A stretch of 64,000 bases of DNA from Malacoraja senta (Eukaryota): positions 186,001 to 250,000 of the forward strand of contig JAXLNO010000462.1 of NCBI GenBank assembly GCA_038087875.1. The letters run 5' to 3'. The notes beneath the pieces are model-generated. The model was not told where the DNA came from. It worked only from the letters and a program-made list of their open reading frames with translations, and made no database searches. Positions within the stretch are counted from its first letter, which is position 1. Every line of letters begins with the position of its first letter. Shown here piece by piece: positions 1-10,771 of the stretch. The position numbers and the translations under genes are program-made.

Positions 1-1541
1 GTAGCTCCAGAAATAGTGGATGCATTAGTGATAATTTTTCAAAACTCTTTAGATTCTGGAGTAGTTCCTGAGGATTGGAGGGTAGCAAACGTAACCCCAC
101 TTTATAAGAAGGGAGGGAGAGAGAAAACGGGGAATTACAGACCAGTTAGTCTAACATTGGCAGTGGGGAAACTGCTAGTCAGTTATTAAAGATGGGATAG
201 CAGCACATTTGGAAAGTGGTGAAATCATTGGACAAAGTCAGCATGGATTTACGAAAGGTAAATCATGTCTGACGAATCTTATAGAATTTTTCGAGGATGT
301 AACTAGTAGAGTGGATAAGGGAGAACCAGTGGATGTGTTGTATCTGGACTTTCAGAAGGCTTTCGACAAGGTCCCACATAAGAGATTAGTATACAAACTT
401 AAAGCACACGGTATTGGGGGTTCAGTATTGATGTGGATAGAGAACTGGCTGGCAAACAGGAAGCAAAGAGTAGGAGTAAACGGGTCCTTTTCACAATGGC
501 AGGCAGTGACTAGTGGGGTACCGCAAGGCTCAGTGCTGAGACCCCAGCTATTTACAATTTATATTAATGAACTGGATGAGGGAATTGAAGGCAACATCTC
601 CAAGATTGCGGATGACACTAAGCTGGGGGGCAGTGTTAGCTGTGAGGAGGATGCTAGGAGACTGCAAGGTGACTTGGATAGGCTGGGTGAGTGGGCAAAT
701 GATTGGCAGATGCAGTATAATGTGGATAAATGTGAGGTTATCCACTTTGGTGGCAAAAACAGGAAAGCAGACTATTATCTAGATGGTGGCCGATTAGGAA
801 AAGGGGAGATGCAGCGAGACCTGGGTGTCATGGTACACCAGTCATTGAAAGTAGGCATGCAGGTGCAGCAGGCAGTGAAGAAAGCAAATGGTGTGTTAGC
901 TTTCATAGCAAAAGGATTTGAGTATAGGAGCAGGGAGGTTCTACTGCAGTTGTACAGGGTCTTGGTGAGACCACACCTGGAGTATTGCGTACAGTTTTGG
1001 TCTCCAAATCTGAGGAAGGACATTATAGCCATAGAGGGAGTGCAGAGAAGGTTCACCAGACTGATTCCTGGGATGTCAGGACTTTCATATGAAGAAAGAC
1101 TGGATAGACTTGGCTTATACTCGCTAGAATTTAGGAGATTGAGAGGGGATCTTATAGAAACGTACAAAATTCTTATGGGGTTGGATAGGCTAGATGCAGG
1201 AAGATTGTTCCCGATGTTGGGGAAGTCCAGGACAAGGGGTCACAGCTTAAGGATAAGGGGGAAATCCTTTAAGACCGAGATGAGAAAAAACTTTTTCACA
1301 CAGAGTGGTGAATCTCTGGAACTCTCTGCCACAGAGGGTAGTTGAGGCCAGTTCTTTGGCTATATTTAAGAGGGAGTTAGATGTGGCCCTTGTGGCTAAA
1401 GGGATCAGGGGGTATGGAGAGAAGGCAGGTACGGGATACTGAGTTGGATGATCAGCCATGATCATATTGAATGGCGGTGCAGGCTCGAAGGGCCGAATGG
1501 CCTACTCCTGCACCTATTTTCTATGTATCTATGTATCTATG
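1..1541 (+). mobile_element. CR1 LINE, 3' part of ORF2 (RT) plus 3' UTR and tail
   Basis: ORF 209-1345 has QHGFTKGKSC, YLDFQKAFDKVPH, SGVPQGSVL, ADDTKL, RPHLEYCVQFW; frameshift near 1295; ends in (tatctatg)n. Confidence 0.95.
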
Positions 1542-2818
1542 TAAATAGCTGGAGTCCCAGCACTGAGCCTTGCGGTATCCCACTAGTCACTGCCAGCCAT
1601 TCTGAAAAGGACCCGTTTACTCCTACTCTTTGCTTCCTGTTTGCCAACCAGTTCTCTATCCAAATCAATACTGAACCCCCAATACCATGTGCTTTAAGTT
1701 TGTATACTAATCTCTTAAGTGGGACCTTGTCGAAAGCCTTCTGAAAGTCCAGATATAACACATCCACTGGTTCTCCCTTATCCACTCTACTAGTTACATC
1801 CTCGAAAAATTCTATAAGATTCGTCAGACATGATTTACCTTTCGTAAATCCATGCTGACTTTGTCCAATGATTTCACCACTTTCCAAATGTGCTGCTATC
1901 CCAACTTTAATAACTGACTCTAGCAGTTTCCACACTACCGATGTTAGACTAACTGGTCTGTAATTCCCCATTTTCTCTCTCCCTCCCTTTTTAAAAAGTG
2001 AGGTTACATTAGCTACCCTCCAAACCTCAGGAACTACTCCAGAATCTAAAGAGTTTTGAAAAATTATCACTAATGCATCCACTATTTCTGGGGCTACTTC
2101 CTTAAGTACTTTGGGATGCAGCCTATCTGGCCCTGGGGATTTATCGGCCTTTAATCCATTCAATTTACCTAACACCACTTCCCGGCTAACCTGGATTTCA
2201 TTCAGGTCCTCCATCTCATTTGACCCGCGGTCCCCTGCTATTTCCGGCAGATTATTTATGTTTTTCTTAGTGAAGACAGAACCAAAGTAGTTATTCAATT
2301 GGTCTGCCATGTCCTTGTTCCCCATGATCAATTCACCTGTTTCTGACTGCAAGGGACCTACATTTGTTTTAACTAATCTTTTTCTCTTCACATATCTATA
2401 AAAACTTTCACAGTCTGTTTTTATGTTCCCTGCCAGTTTTATCCTTTCCTAATTAAGCTCTTTGTCCTCTGCTGGACTCTGAATTTCTCCCAGTCCTCTG
2501 GTAGGTTGCTTTTTCTGGCTAATTTGTACGCTTCATCTTTTTTTTTGATACTATCCCTGATTTCCCTTGTTATCCACGAATGCACTACCTTCCCTGATTT
2601 ATTCTTTTGCCAAACTGGGATGAACAATTGTTGTAGTCTTTGAATGCCTTCCATTGCATATCCACCGTCAACCCTTTAAGATCAATTGCCAGTCTATCTT
2701 GGCCAATTCACCTCATACCCTCGAAGTTACCTTTCTTTAAGTTCAGGACCCTTGTTTCTGAATTAACAATGTCACTCTCCATCCTAATGAAGAACTTAAC
2801 CATATTATGGTCACTCTT
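1541..2818 (-). mobile_element. CR1 LINE internal fragment (linker plus RT N-half)
   Basis: ORF 1537-2391 has KSPGPD, NYRPVSLTS, SGIPQGSVLG; near-identical reverse complement of about 1-555. Confidence 0.93.
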
Positions 2819-3962
2819 GGCATTTAATACAATCATCCCCTGCAAGCAGGTTACCAAACTCGTAGAACTGGGTCTCTGCGCATCCCTCTGCAATTGGATC
2901 CTCGACTTCCTCATTCACAGACCAGTCTGTTCGTACCGGTGGAAATGTGTCAGCCTCCATAACAATCAGCACGGGAGCACCTCAAGGCTGCGTGCTCAGC
3001 CCCCTACTGTACTCACTCTATATTCATGACTGCGTAGCCGGTCATAGTGCGAACTCCATCATCAAGGTCGCTGACGACACCACTGTTGTGGGACGTATCA
3101 CTGATGGGGATGAGTCAGAGTATAGAAAAGAGATCGAGCGACTGTCTATATGGTGCCAGCACAATAACCTGGCCCTCAACACCAGCAAAACCAAGGAACT
3201 GATTGTGGACTTTGGAAGGATTGGGATGGGGACCCACAGTCCCGTTTATATCAACGGGTCGATGGTTGAAAGGGTCAAGAGCTTCAAATTCCGGGGCGTG
3301 CAAATCTCTGAAGATCTTTCCTGGTCCGAGAACACTGATGCAATTTTTTAAAAAGCACATCAGCGCCTCTACTTCCTGAGAAGATTACGGAGAGTCGGTT
3401 TGTCAAGGAGGACTTTCTCTAACTTCTACAGGTGCACAGTAGAGAGCATGCTGACCGGTTGCATCGTGGCTTGGTTCGGCAACTTGAGCGCCCTGGGGAG
3501 GAAAAGACTACAAAAAGTAGTAAACACTGCCCAGTCCATCATCGGCTCTGACCTCCCTACCATCGAGGGGATCTATCGCAGTCGCTGCCTCAAAAAGGCT
3601 GGCAGTATCATCAAGGACCCACACCATCCTGGTCACACACTCATCTCCCCGCTACCGTCAGGTAGAAGGTACAGAAGCCTGAAGACTGCAACGACCAGAT
3701 TCAGGAATAGCTACTTCCCCACAGCCATCAGGCTATTAAACTTGGCTCGGACAAAACTCTGAACATTAATAGCCATTATCTGTTATTTGCACTTTATCAG
3801 TTTATTTATTAATGTATTTACATATATAATGGTATATGGACACACTGATCAGTTTTGTAGTCAATGCCTACTATGTTCTGTTGTGCTGAAGCAGAGCAAG
3901 AATTTCATTGTCCTATCAGGGACACATGACAATAAACTCTCTTATGTCTTATCTCTTATGTC
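2819..3962 (+). mobile_element. Rex1/Babar-like LINE, 5'-truncated
   Basis: [42 protein letters not shown]; 3' end tgacaataaa plus (tcttatg)n. Confidence 0.85.
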
Positions 3963-4820
3963 CTTAAATTAAACAGTAGCAAAACAGAATTTCTCCTCAT
4001 TGACTCCAAATCAACACTCACTAAAATTAACAACCCCACTCTCACTATTGACGGCACCACTGTCTCCCCATCTCCTCAGGCACGCAACCTTGGCGTGATC
4101 TTTGACTCAACCCTCTCCCTTGAGCCTCACATCCGCCATGTTGTCAAAACATCATTTTTTCACCTCCGCAACATTGCAAAAATCAGATCCTCTCTCACAC
4201 CCCCCGCTGCTGAAAGACTCATCCATGCCTTCATCTCCTCCCGACTGGACTACTGTAACTCTCTTCTTTTCGGAATCAACTCCAGCAGCATCAACCGACT
4301 CCAACTGGTCCAAAATGCAGCCGCTCGACTCATTACCCACACCAAATCCTGGCACCACATCACCCCAGTTCTCAAAGAACTTCACTGGCTTCCCATTTCC
4401 CACCGGATCACCTACAAAATCCTGGTCCTCACCTACAAAGCCCTCAACAACCTGGCCCCCCCTTATCTCATTGACCTCCTCTCCCCCTACCAACCCTCAC
4501 GGTCCCTCAGATCCACATCAGCTGGTCTCCTCTCCACTCCGAAATCAAACCTCTGCACTTTTGGAGGCAGAGCCTTCTCCAGGGCAGCTCCCAGGCTCTG
4601 GAATTCCCTCCCACAACCGGTCCGAAATTCTGAGTCCCTCACCATCTTCCAGTCCCGCCTCAAGACCCATCTCTTCACCTCTGCATACCCTTAGTCCCAT
4701 GTTCCCCTCCCCTTTGTCTTACTGCTCTATTTTGTTTTGTTTATTCCTGACTCTCAATGTAAAGCGACTTTGAGTCCTGAAAAGCGCTCTATAAATAAAA
4801 TCTATTATTATTATTATTAT
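3963..4820 (+). mobile_element. L2 LINE 3' fragment
   Basis: ORF 4095-4694 has HAFISSRLDYCNSL, QNAAARL, HITPVLKELHWLP, APRLWNSLP; tail gcgctctataaat...(tta)n. Confidence 0.9.
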
Positions 4821-5244
4821 GTCAACTCTGCTGGAAACTGTAATCCCCACTGCTCCCATGGCACATTCCAACACACCCCTGGAGTTCCCATTCCAGAATA
4901 GAAGTATTATATCCCAGGCCTGGACTATGCTGGGTCTCCATGATGTCAGGTATCTGTCTGCAGTACCACCACCAGTCCCACTTCACAGGAGAATCATCCG
5001 TCTCATCTCTATAGGACGCTGCCCAAACCCGCCCAAAGGTTCATCGGACGGAGTTACCGGGAGCTGGAGATGTCAGGCGCCAGAAGTGGCCAGGGTTGGA
5101 GGGTGAACTGGGTTCATGCCCACAGCCCTTCAAAGTAGGTGGAGGCGCCCCGCGGGACACAAAGATGGGTGAGGAGAGGGAGTTCTGTTCACAGGATCCT
5201 CAACAGCGGCCCTGAGTCTCCCCGCCCGCCCGGCCTGCCAGTTC

Positions 5245-5549
5245 CTAAAATGGCCGCCTATGACTTCAGTCCTATTGACTTCAATGGGAGACTGCCAGTA
5301 CTTTATATGGCCGCCTATGGCTTCACTCCTATTGACTTCAATGGGAGACTGCCAGTACTTAACATGGCCTCCTATGACTTCACTCCTATTGACTTCGGGC
5401 CCGACCCCAACTGATGACTTCACTCCTATTGACTTCAATGGGAGACTGCCAGTACTTAAGATGGCCGCCTATGGCTTCACTCCTATTGACTTCAATGGGA
5501 GACTGCCAGTACTTAAGATGGCCGCCTATAGCTTCACCCATATTGACTT
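5245..5549. repeat. 57-bp minisatellite, left part
   Basis: Unit aagatggccgcctatggcttcactcctattgacttcaatgggagactgccagtactt; anchors at 5458 and 5515. Confidence 0.92.
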
Positions 5550-5649
5550 GTGTTAAAGAAGGAACTGCAGATGCTGGAAAATCGAAGGTACACAAAAATG
5601 CTGGAGAAACTCAGCGGGTGCAGCAGCATCTATGGAGCGAAGGAAATAG

Positions 5650-5682
5650 GTAACGTTTCGGGCCGAAACCCTTCTTCAGACT
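5650..5682 (-). ncRNA. Minimal hammerhead ribozyme-like motif at PLE terminus
   Basis: CUGAAGA-A-GGGU(UUCG)GCCC-GAAAC-GUU on the minus strand. Confidence 0.6.
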
Positions 5683-6773
5683 GATAGGGGGTGGGGAGAA
5701 GAAAGGAAAAAAGGAAAAAGGCGGAGGAGGAGCCCGAGGGCTGGGGGAGGGGAGGAGACAACCAGATGGCTGATGAAGGGGAGGGGACAGCAAGGGCTAG
5801 CAGAATTGGGAGAATTCAATGTTCAAGCCCCCAGGATGTAGACTGCTCAAGCGGAATATGAGGTGCATTTCCTCCAATTTACGGTGTTGCTCGCTGTGGC
5901 CATGGAGGAGACCCAGGACAGAGAGGTCAGATACGGAATGGGAGGGGGAGTTGAAGTGCTGAGCCACCGGGAGTTCAGGTTGGTTATTGCGGACCGACCG
6001 GAGGTGTTCGGTGAAACGATCGCCAAGCCTCCGCTTGGTCTCACCGATGTAGATCATCTGGCATCTAGAGCAGCGAATGCAAATAGACGAGGTTGGAGGA
6101 GATGCAGGTGAACCTCTGTCGCACCTGGAACGACACTCGCCACATCTCCCCATCTCCCCCCATGTCTGCCTTCCACAAAGACCGCTCCCTCCGTAACTCC
6201 CTTGTCAATTCTTTCCTTCCCTCCCATACCACCCCCTCCCCTGGTACTTTCCCTTGCAACCGCAAGAGATGCAACACTTGTCCCTTCACCTCCCCCCTCT
6301 ACTCCATTCAAGGACCCAAGCAGTCGTTCCAGGTGCGACAGAGGTTCACCTGCATCTCCTCCAACCTCATCTATTGCATTCGCTGCTCTAGATGCCAGCT
6401 GATCTACATCGGTGAGACCAAGCGGAGGCTTGGCGATCGTTTCGCCGAACACCTCCGGTCGGTCCGCAATAACCAACCTGAACTCCTGGTGGCTCAGCAC
6501 TTCAACTCCCCCCCCCATTCCGTATCTGCCCTCTCTGTCCTGGGTCTCCTCCATGGCCACAGCGAGCAACACCGTAAATTGGAGGAAATGCACCTCATAT
6601 TCCGCTTGGGCAGTCTACATCCTGGGGGCTTGAACATTGAATTCTCCCAACTCTGCTAGCCCTTGCTGTCCGCTCCCCTTCATCAGCCCTCTGGTTGTCT
6701 CCTCCCCTCCCCCAGCCCTCGGGCTCCTCCTCCGCCTTTTTCCTTTTTTCCTTTCTTCTCCCCACCCCCTATC

Positions 6774-6806
6774 AGTCTGAAGAAGGGTTTCGGCCCGAAA
6801 CGTTAC
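6774..6806 (+). ncRNA. Minimal hammerhead ribozyme-like motif at PLE terminus
   Basis: agtCTGAAGAagggtttcggcccGAAACgttac: core boxes, helix II with UUCG loop, palindromic ACGU; helix I is weak. Confidence 0.6.
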
Positions 6807-6870
6807 CTATTTCCTTCGCTCCATAGATGCTGCTGCACCCGCTGAGTTTCTCCAGCATTTTTGTGTACCT

Positions 6871-7004
6871 CCTATATTGACTTCAGTGGGAGACTGCCAG
6901 TATCTAAGATGGCCGCCTATGGCTTCACTCCTATTGATTTCAATGGGCGAACTGCCAGTAGTTAAGATGGCCGCCTAAGGCTTCACCCCTATTGACTTCA
7001 ATGG
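6871..7004. repeat. 57-bp minisatellite, right part
   Basis: The same unit resumes directly after the PLE. Confidence 0.9.
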
Positions 7005-7030
7005 AGCCGTCCACTGGGGAGCGGCGGACA

Positions 7031-7230
7031 AAATACTTACCGATGGATGGATGTCAATCTGCTGTCGTCGCTCCCCACAGCGTCTCCGAGTCAAAGATCG
7101 TAGAGCGAGGGTTAGCGAGCTGTAGATGTAGGATCTTTGCTGTAGATGTAGCGGAGCAACGTCACGACCGTCCTTCAAAATGGCGCCGACAATCGAGCCT
7201 CCCTCCCCCCCCCCCCCCGCGCGTGCGCGT
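7031..7230 (-). promoter_or_regulatory. Putative CpG-rich promoter / first exon
   Basis: CpG-dense; YY1-type aaaatggcgcc at about 7177-7187; minus-strand donor CG|GTAAGTAT at about 7033-7042. Confidence 0.35.
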
Positions 7231-7240
7231 TCTCAACGGA

Positions 7241-7380
7241 CCAACTGTATTACACTCGCTCCCGGGCCCCCAACTGTATTACACTCGCTCCCGGGCCCGA
7301 CCCCAACTGTATTACACTCGCTCCCGGGCCCCCAACTGTATTACACTCGCTCCCGGGCCCCCAACTGTATTACACTCGCT
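7241..7380. repeat. About 30/36-bp minisatellite, left part
   Basis: Unit ccaactgtattacactcgctcccgggccc with optional gacccc. Confidence 0.9.
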
Positions 7381-7444
7381 GGGTACACAAAAATGCTGGA
7401 GAAACTCAGCGGGTGCAGCAGCATCTATGGAGCGAAGGAAATAG

Positions 7445-7477
7445 GCAACGTTTCGGGCCGAAACCCTTCTTCAGACT
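7445..7477 (-). ncRNA. Minimal hammerhead ribozyme-like motif
   Basis: Same core as 6774-6806. Confidence 0.55.
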
Positions 7478-7971
7478 GATAGGGGGTGGGGAGAAGAAAG
7501 GAAAAAAGGAAAAAGGCGGAGGAGGAGCCCGAGGGCTGGGGGAGGGGAGGAGACAGCAAGAGGGCTGATGAAGGGGAGGGGACAGCAAGGGCTAGCAGAA
7601 TTGGGATAATTCAATGTTCAAGCCCCCAGGCTGTAGACTGCCCAAGCGGAATATGAGGTGCATTTCCTCCAATTTCCGGTGTTGCTCGCTGTGGCAATGG
7701 AGGAGACCCAGGACAGAGAGGTCAGATACGGAATGGGAGGGGGAGTTGAAGTGCTGAGCCACCGGGAGGTCAAGTTGGTTATTGCGGACCGACCGGAGGT
7801 GTTCGGCGAAACGATCGCCAAGCCTCCGCTTGGTCTCACCGATGTAGATCAGCTGGCATCTAGAGCAGCGGATGCAATAGATGAGGTTGGAGGAGATGCA
7901 GGTGAACCTCTGTCGCACCTGGAACGACTGCTTGGGTCCTTGAATGGAGTAGCGGGGGGAAGTTAAGGGAC

Positions 7972-8165
7972 AGGCCAGTTCATTGGCTATATTTAAGAGG
8001 GAGCTAGATGTGGCCCTTGTGGCTAAAGGGATCAGAGGGTATGGAGAGAAGGCAGGTACGGGATACTGAGTTGGATGATCAGCCATGATCATATTGAATG
8101 GCGGTGCAGGCTCGAAGGGCCGAATGGCCTACTCCTGCACCTAATTTCTATGTTTCTATGTTTCT
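7972..8165 (+). mobile_element. CR1 3' end inserted in the PLE
   Basis: Matches about 1345-1525; (tttctatg)n tail; about 8 bp of PLE lost at the site. Confidence 0.9.
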
Positions 8166-8507
8166 ATCTCTTGCGGTTGCAAGGGAAAGTACCAGGGGAG
8201 GGGGTGGTATGGGAGGGAAGGGAAGAATTGACAAGGGAGTTACGGAGGGAGCGGTCTTTGCGGAAGGCAGACATGGGGGGAGATGGGAAGATGTGGCGAG
8301 TGGTGGGGTCACGTTGGAGGTGGCGAAACTGACGGAGGATCACTTGTATGTGACGGCTGGTGGGGTGAAAGGTGAGGACTAGGGGGACTCTGCCCTTGTT
8401 GTGAGTGGGGGGATGGGGAGAGAGAGCAGTGTTGCGGGGTATGGCAGAGACCCTGGTGCGAGCCTCATCTATGGTGGAGGAGGGGAACCCCCGTTCCCTG
8501 AAGAATG

Positions 8508-8712
8508 ATACAGTTGGGGTCGGGCCCTCGCTCCCGTGCCCGACCCCAACTGTATTACACTCGCTCCTGGGCCCCCAACTGTATTACACTCGCTCCCGGG
8601 CCCGACCCCAACTGTATTACACTCGCTCCTGGGCCCGACCCCAACTGTATTACACTCGCTCCCGGGCCCCCAACTGTATTACACTCGCTCCCGGGCCCGA
8701 CCCCAACTGTAT
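8508..8712. repeat. About 30/36-bp minisatellite, right part
   Basis: Same unit as 7241-7380; the first 20 bp are inverted. Confidence 0.9.
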
Positions 8713-9689
8713 AACGGTTGCTGTCAACTTCAAACGATGGCGGGAGACGGCGCGAGGCCGAGTTATGTCAACCCCCCCCCCCCTCCTCTCTCTCCCCCTC
8801 TCTCTCTGCCCTCTCTCTCTGTCTCCCTCCCCCCCCCCACCCCTCTCTCCCTCCCTGTCTCCCCCTCTGGGCTGTCATGAGCAGCAGAAAGAAACCAGAG
8901 ACACAACAAGAAAGAACTGAACCTCTTGAGGATCTCTGAATAATAACGGAAGTTTGCATGGAACAAGAGACACAACAATAGGTTGACAAAATACAGCCAA
9001 AACGGCACACAATAGCCTGATGTCTTTTTTTAATCATGTTAATGCATTGATAGATATAATCGAGTTTAGAAGTTTATAAATTTCTACAATAGATACAATT
9101 CGTCTTTACTAGTTTTTTAAATATCTACATCGTGATAAATATTTTTCTCTTTTTTTACATGATGCCAAGAAATTGGAGCAAACGTTGCAGGATGGTCAAT
9201 GCAAGGAGACGTCGAGAAGCAATGATGAGCAGAAGGGCACAAGAGACACAAGAGGATGTTACCAAAATACATCCAGATTGGGTCATGGTAGCACATTTTT
9301 TTAAATCAAAGGTTAATCGTTTGAAAGTTAATATTGTCTTTAGAAGTTTATAAATGTCTACAATTGATTTTTAAAAAATTTAATCATATTTAATTCGCTT
9401 GATAGAAGGAATGGTGATCGAACAAGAAATTACAACGTTTGAAAGATATCCATACAAAACGCAAGACAAAAATAATGAAGCGAGCTGAAGGAATAAGTAA
9501 AAGTGTTCCTGGAGGATGGGACATCAACCAGGAATGTTCTCATTAGACAAGTGCTTTGTTGAGCGATGACTCCTGCAGTAAGTGCTCACAATTTCCTAAA
9601 GTCAACAAAAGAACGCCAAACTGAAGGCAACAAGAGACGCAAGAAGGAACTGAACGTCCAGAGTTTCGACACTTTTGATGATTGCTCCT

Positions 9690-9880
9690 CAGTTCATCAG
9701 TGGATGTTTACACAGCAATCCCAGTGCTGCATACAAAAGTGTAAAATGCTGCCTCAGAAAAAGCTTCAAGGACACATTAAGTGACGTAAAATCTTGCCAA
9801 TTGCATTGGCTTTTTGGATAGAAGGTTGTTGGAGCTGCTATCATGCTTCCTGACAAAATTTGCAGATGGATTATTTGCTG
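9690..9880 (+). mobile_element. Possible BEL/Pao gag remnant
   Basis: Manual translation FISGCLHSNPSAAYKSVKCCLRKSF and IMLPDKICRW resembles BEL gag motifs. Confidence 0.3.
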
Positions 9881-10255
9881 TAAGATATAGAACCACAAGA
9901 TTTGATACTGTTAATGGCATTGGAATTTCAAATTCTATATCCATCAGGGAATATCAACTTCGAGTCGTAAGAGGGAAGAAAGGTCAGTATTTGAAAATAT
10001 TTGGTGTCAGTGCAGTTTTTTTTATCCTTGATACATATTTACTTTAGTTTTATCAGAATGCCTGAATATATCACGCTAATCAAATTCTGCCTTTTTGTCT
10101 AGATCTTTGTAGATATGTCTAGATCTTTTTAAGAATCTCTCACTATCACATTTCTGAATCCCAGATATTTTGACTGAACGTCTTGTGGATGTGTGTGAAA
10201 TAAAGCAAGGACAGCAGGGAACAAGAGACACAAGAAGATGTTCCTAGAAAACACC

Positions 10256-10771
10256 TTTACCCTTACAATCTCTCAGATCATGAGGAAGGTAACGCCCCTT
10301 CCGGGGGGGTGCAGGAGTATAAAGCCCCGGAGGCCGGACGTGAGTCAGTCACTGGAAGATCGCGAGAGAGAGTCCAGAACTGTGATTCTACGCCGTGAGT
10401 CAACTGAACTGTGAGTCTGCAATGTGCTTGGAATAAACGATTTGTTAGCCCGCAATATGTTTGCAATAAACGATTTGTTAGCCCACAATGTGCTTGCAAT
10501 AAACGATTTGTTTTGCCCTGCACTCTGCTTGACTTGAAATGGAATGGATTGAAGTGTTGGCCCTGTACTCTGCTCAACTTGAACTGCAATGGATTGAATT
10601 GTTGGCCCTGTACTCTGCTTAACTTGAACTGCAATGGATTGAATTGTTGGCGCTGAACTCTGCTTGACCTGAAATGCAATGAATTGAATTGTTGGCACCG
10701 CACTCGGCTTGACTTGAAATATATTGGATTGAATTGTTGGCCCGCACTCTGCTTGATCCAAAGGTCCCGCT
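10256..10771. repeat. 516-bp direct duplication, copy 1
   Basis: Appears identical to 12660-13175 (offset 2404); internal about 30-bp and 45-bp tandem units. Confidence 0.95.

Larger units (their letters stand above)
5552..6870. mobile_element. Penelope-like element: two GIY-YIG 3' segments in inverted orientation (minus about 5552-6134, plus about 6135-6870)
   Basis: ORF 6093-6659 has CNRKRCNTC and YCIRCSRCQLIYIGETKRRLGDRFAEH...GLN; the arms are reverse complements. Confidence 0.9.
7381..8507 (-). mobile_element. Penelope-like element 3' part, same family as 5552-6870
   Basis: ORF 7592-8092 carries the GIY-YIG motif; same terminus; interrupted by a CR1 tail. Confidence 0.9.

Noticed and set aside
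4860..5010. L1 endonuclease remnant (SSHSRIE...DVRYL)
   Set aside because: Too degenerate to support without a search
7033..7041. atacttacc as U1 snRNA 5' end
   Set aside because: The U1 body does not follow; better read as a minus-strand splice donor
5245..8712. Minisatellites as CRISPR arrays
   Set aside because: Units are head-to-tail with no unique spacers, there are no cas genes, and the context is eukaryotic
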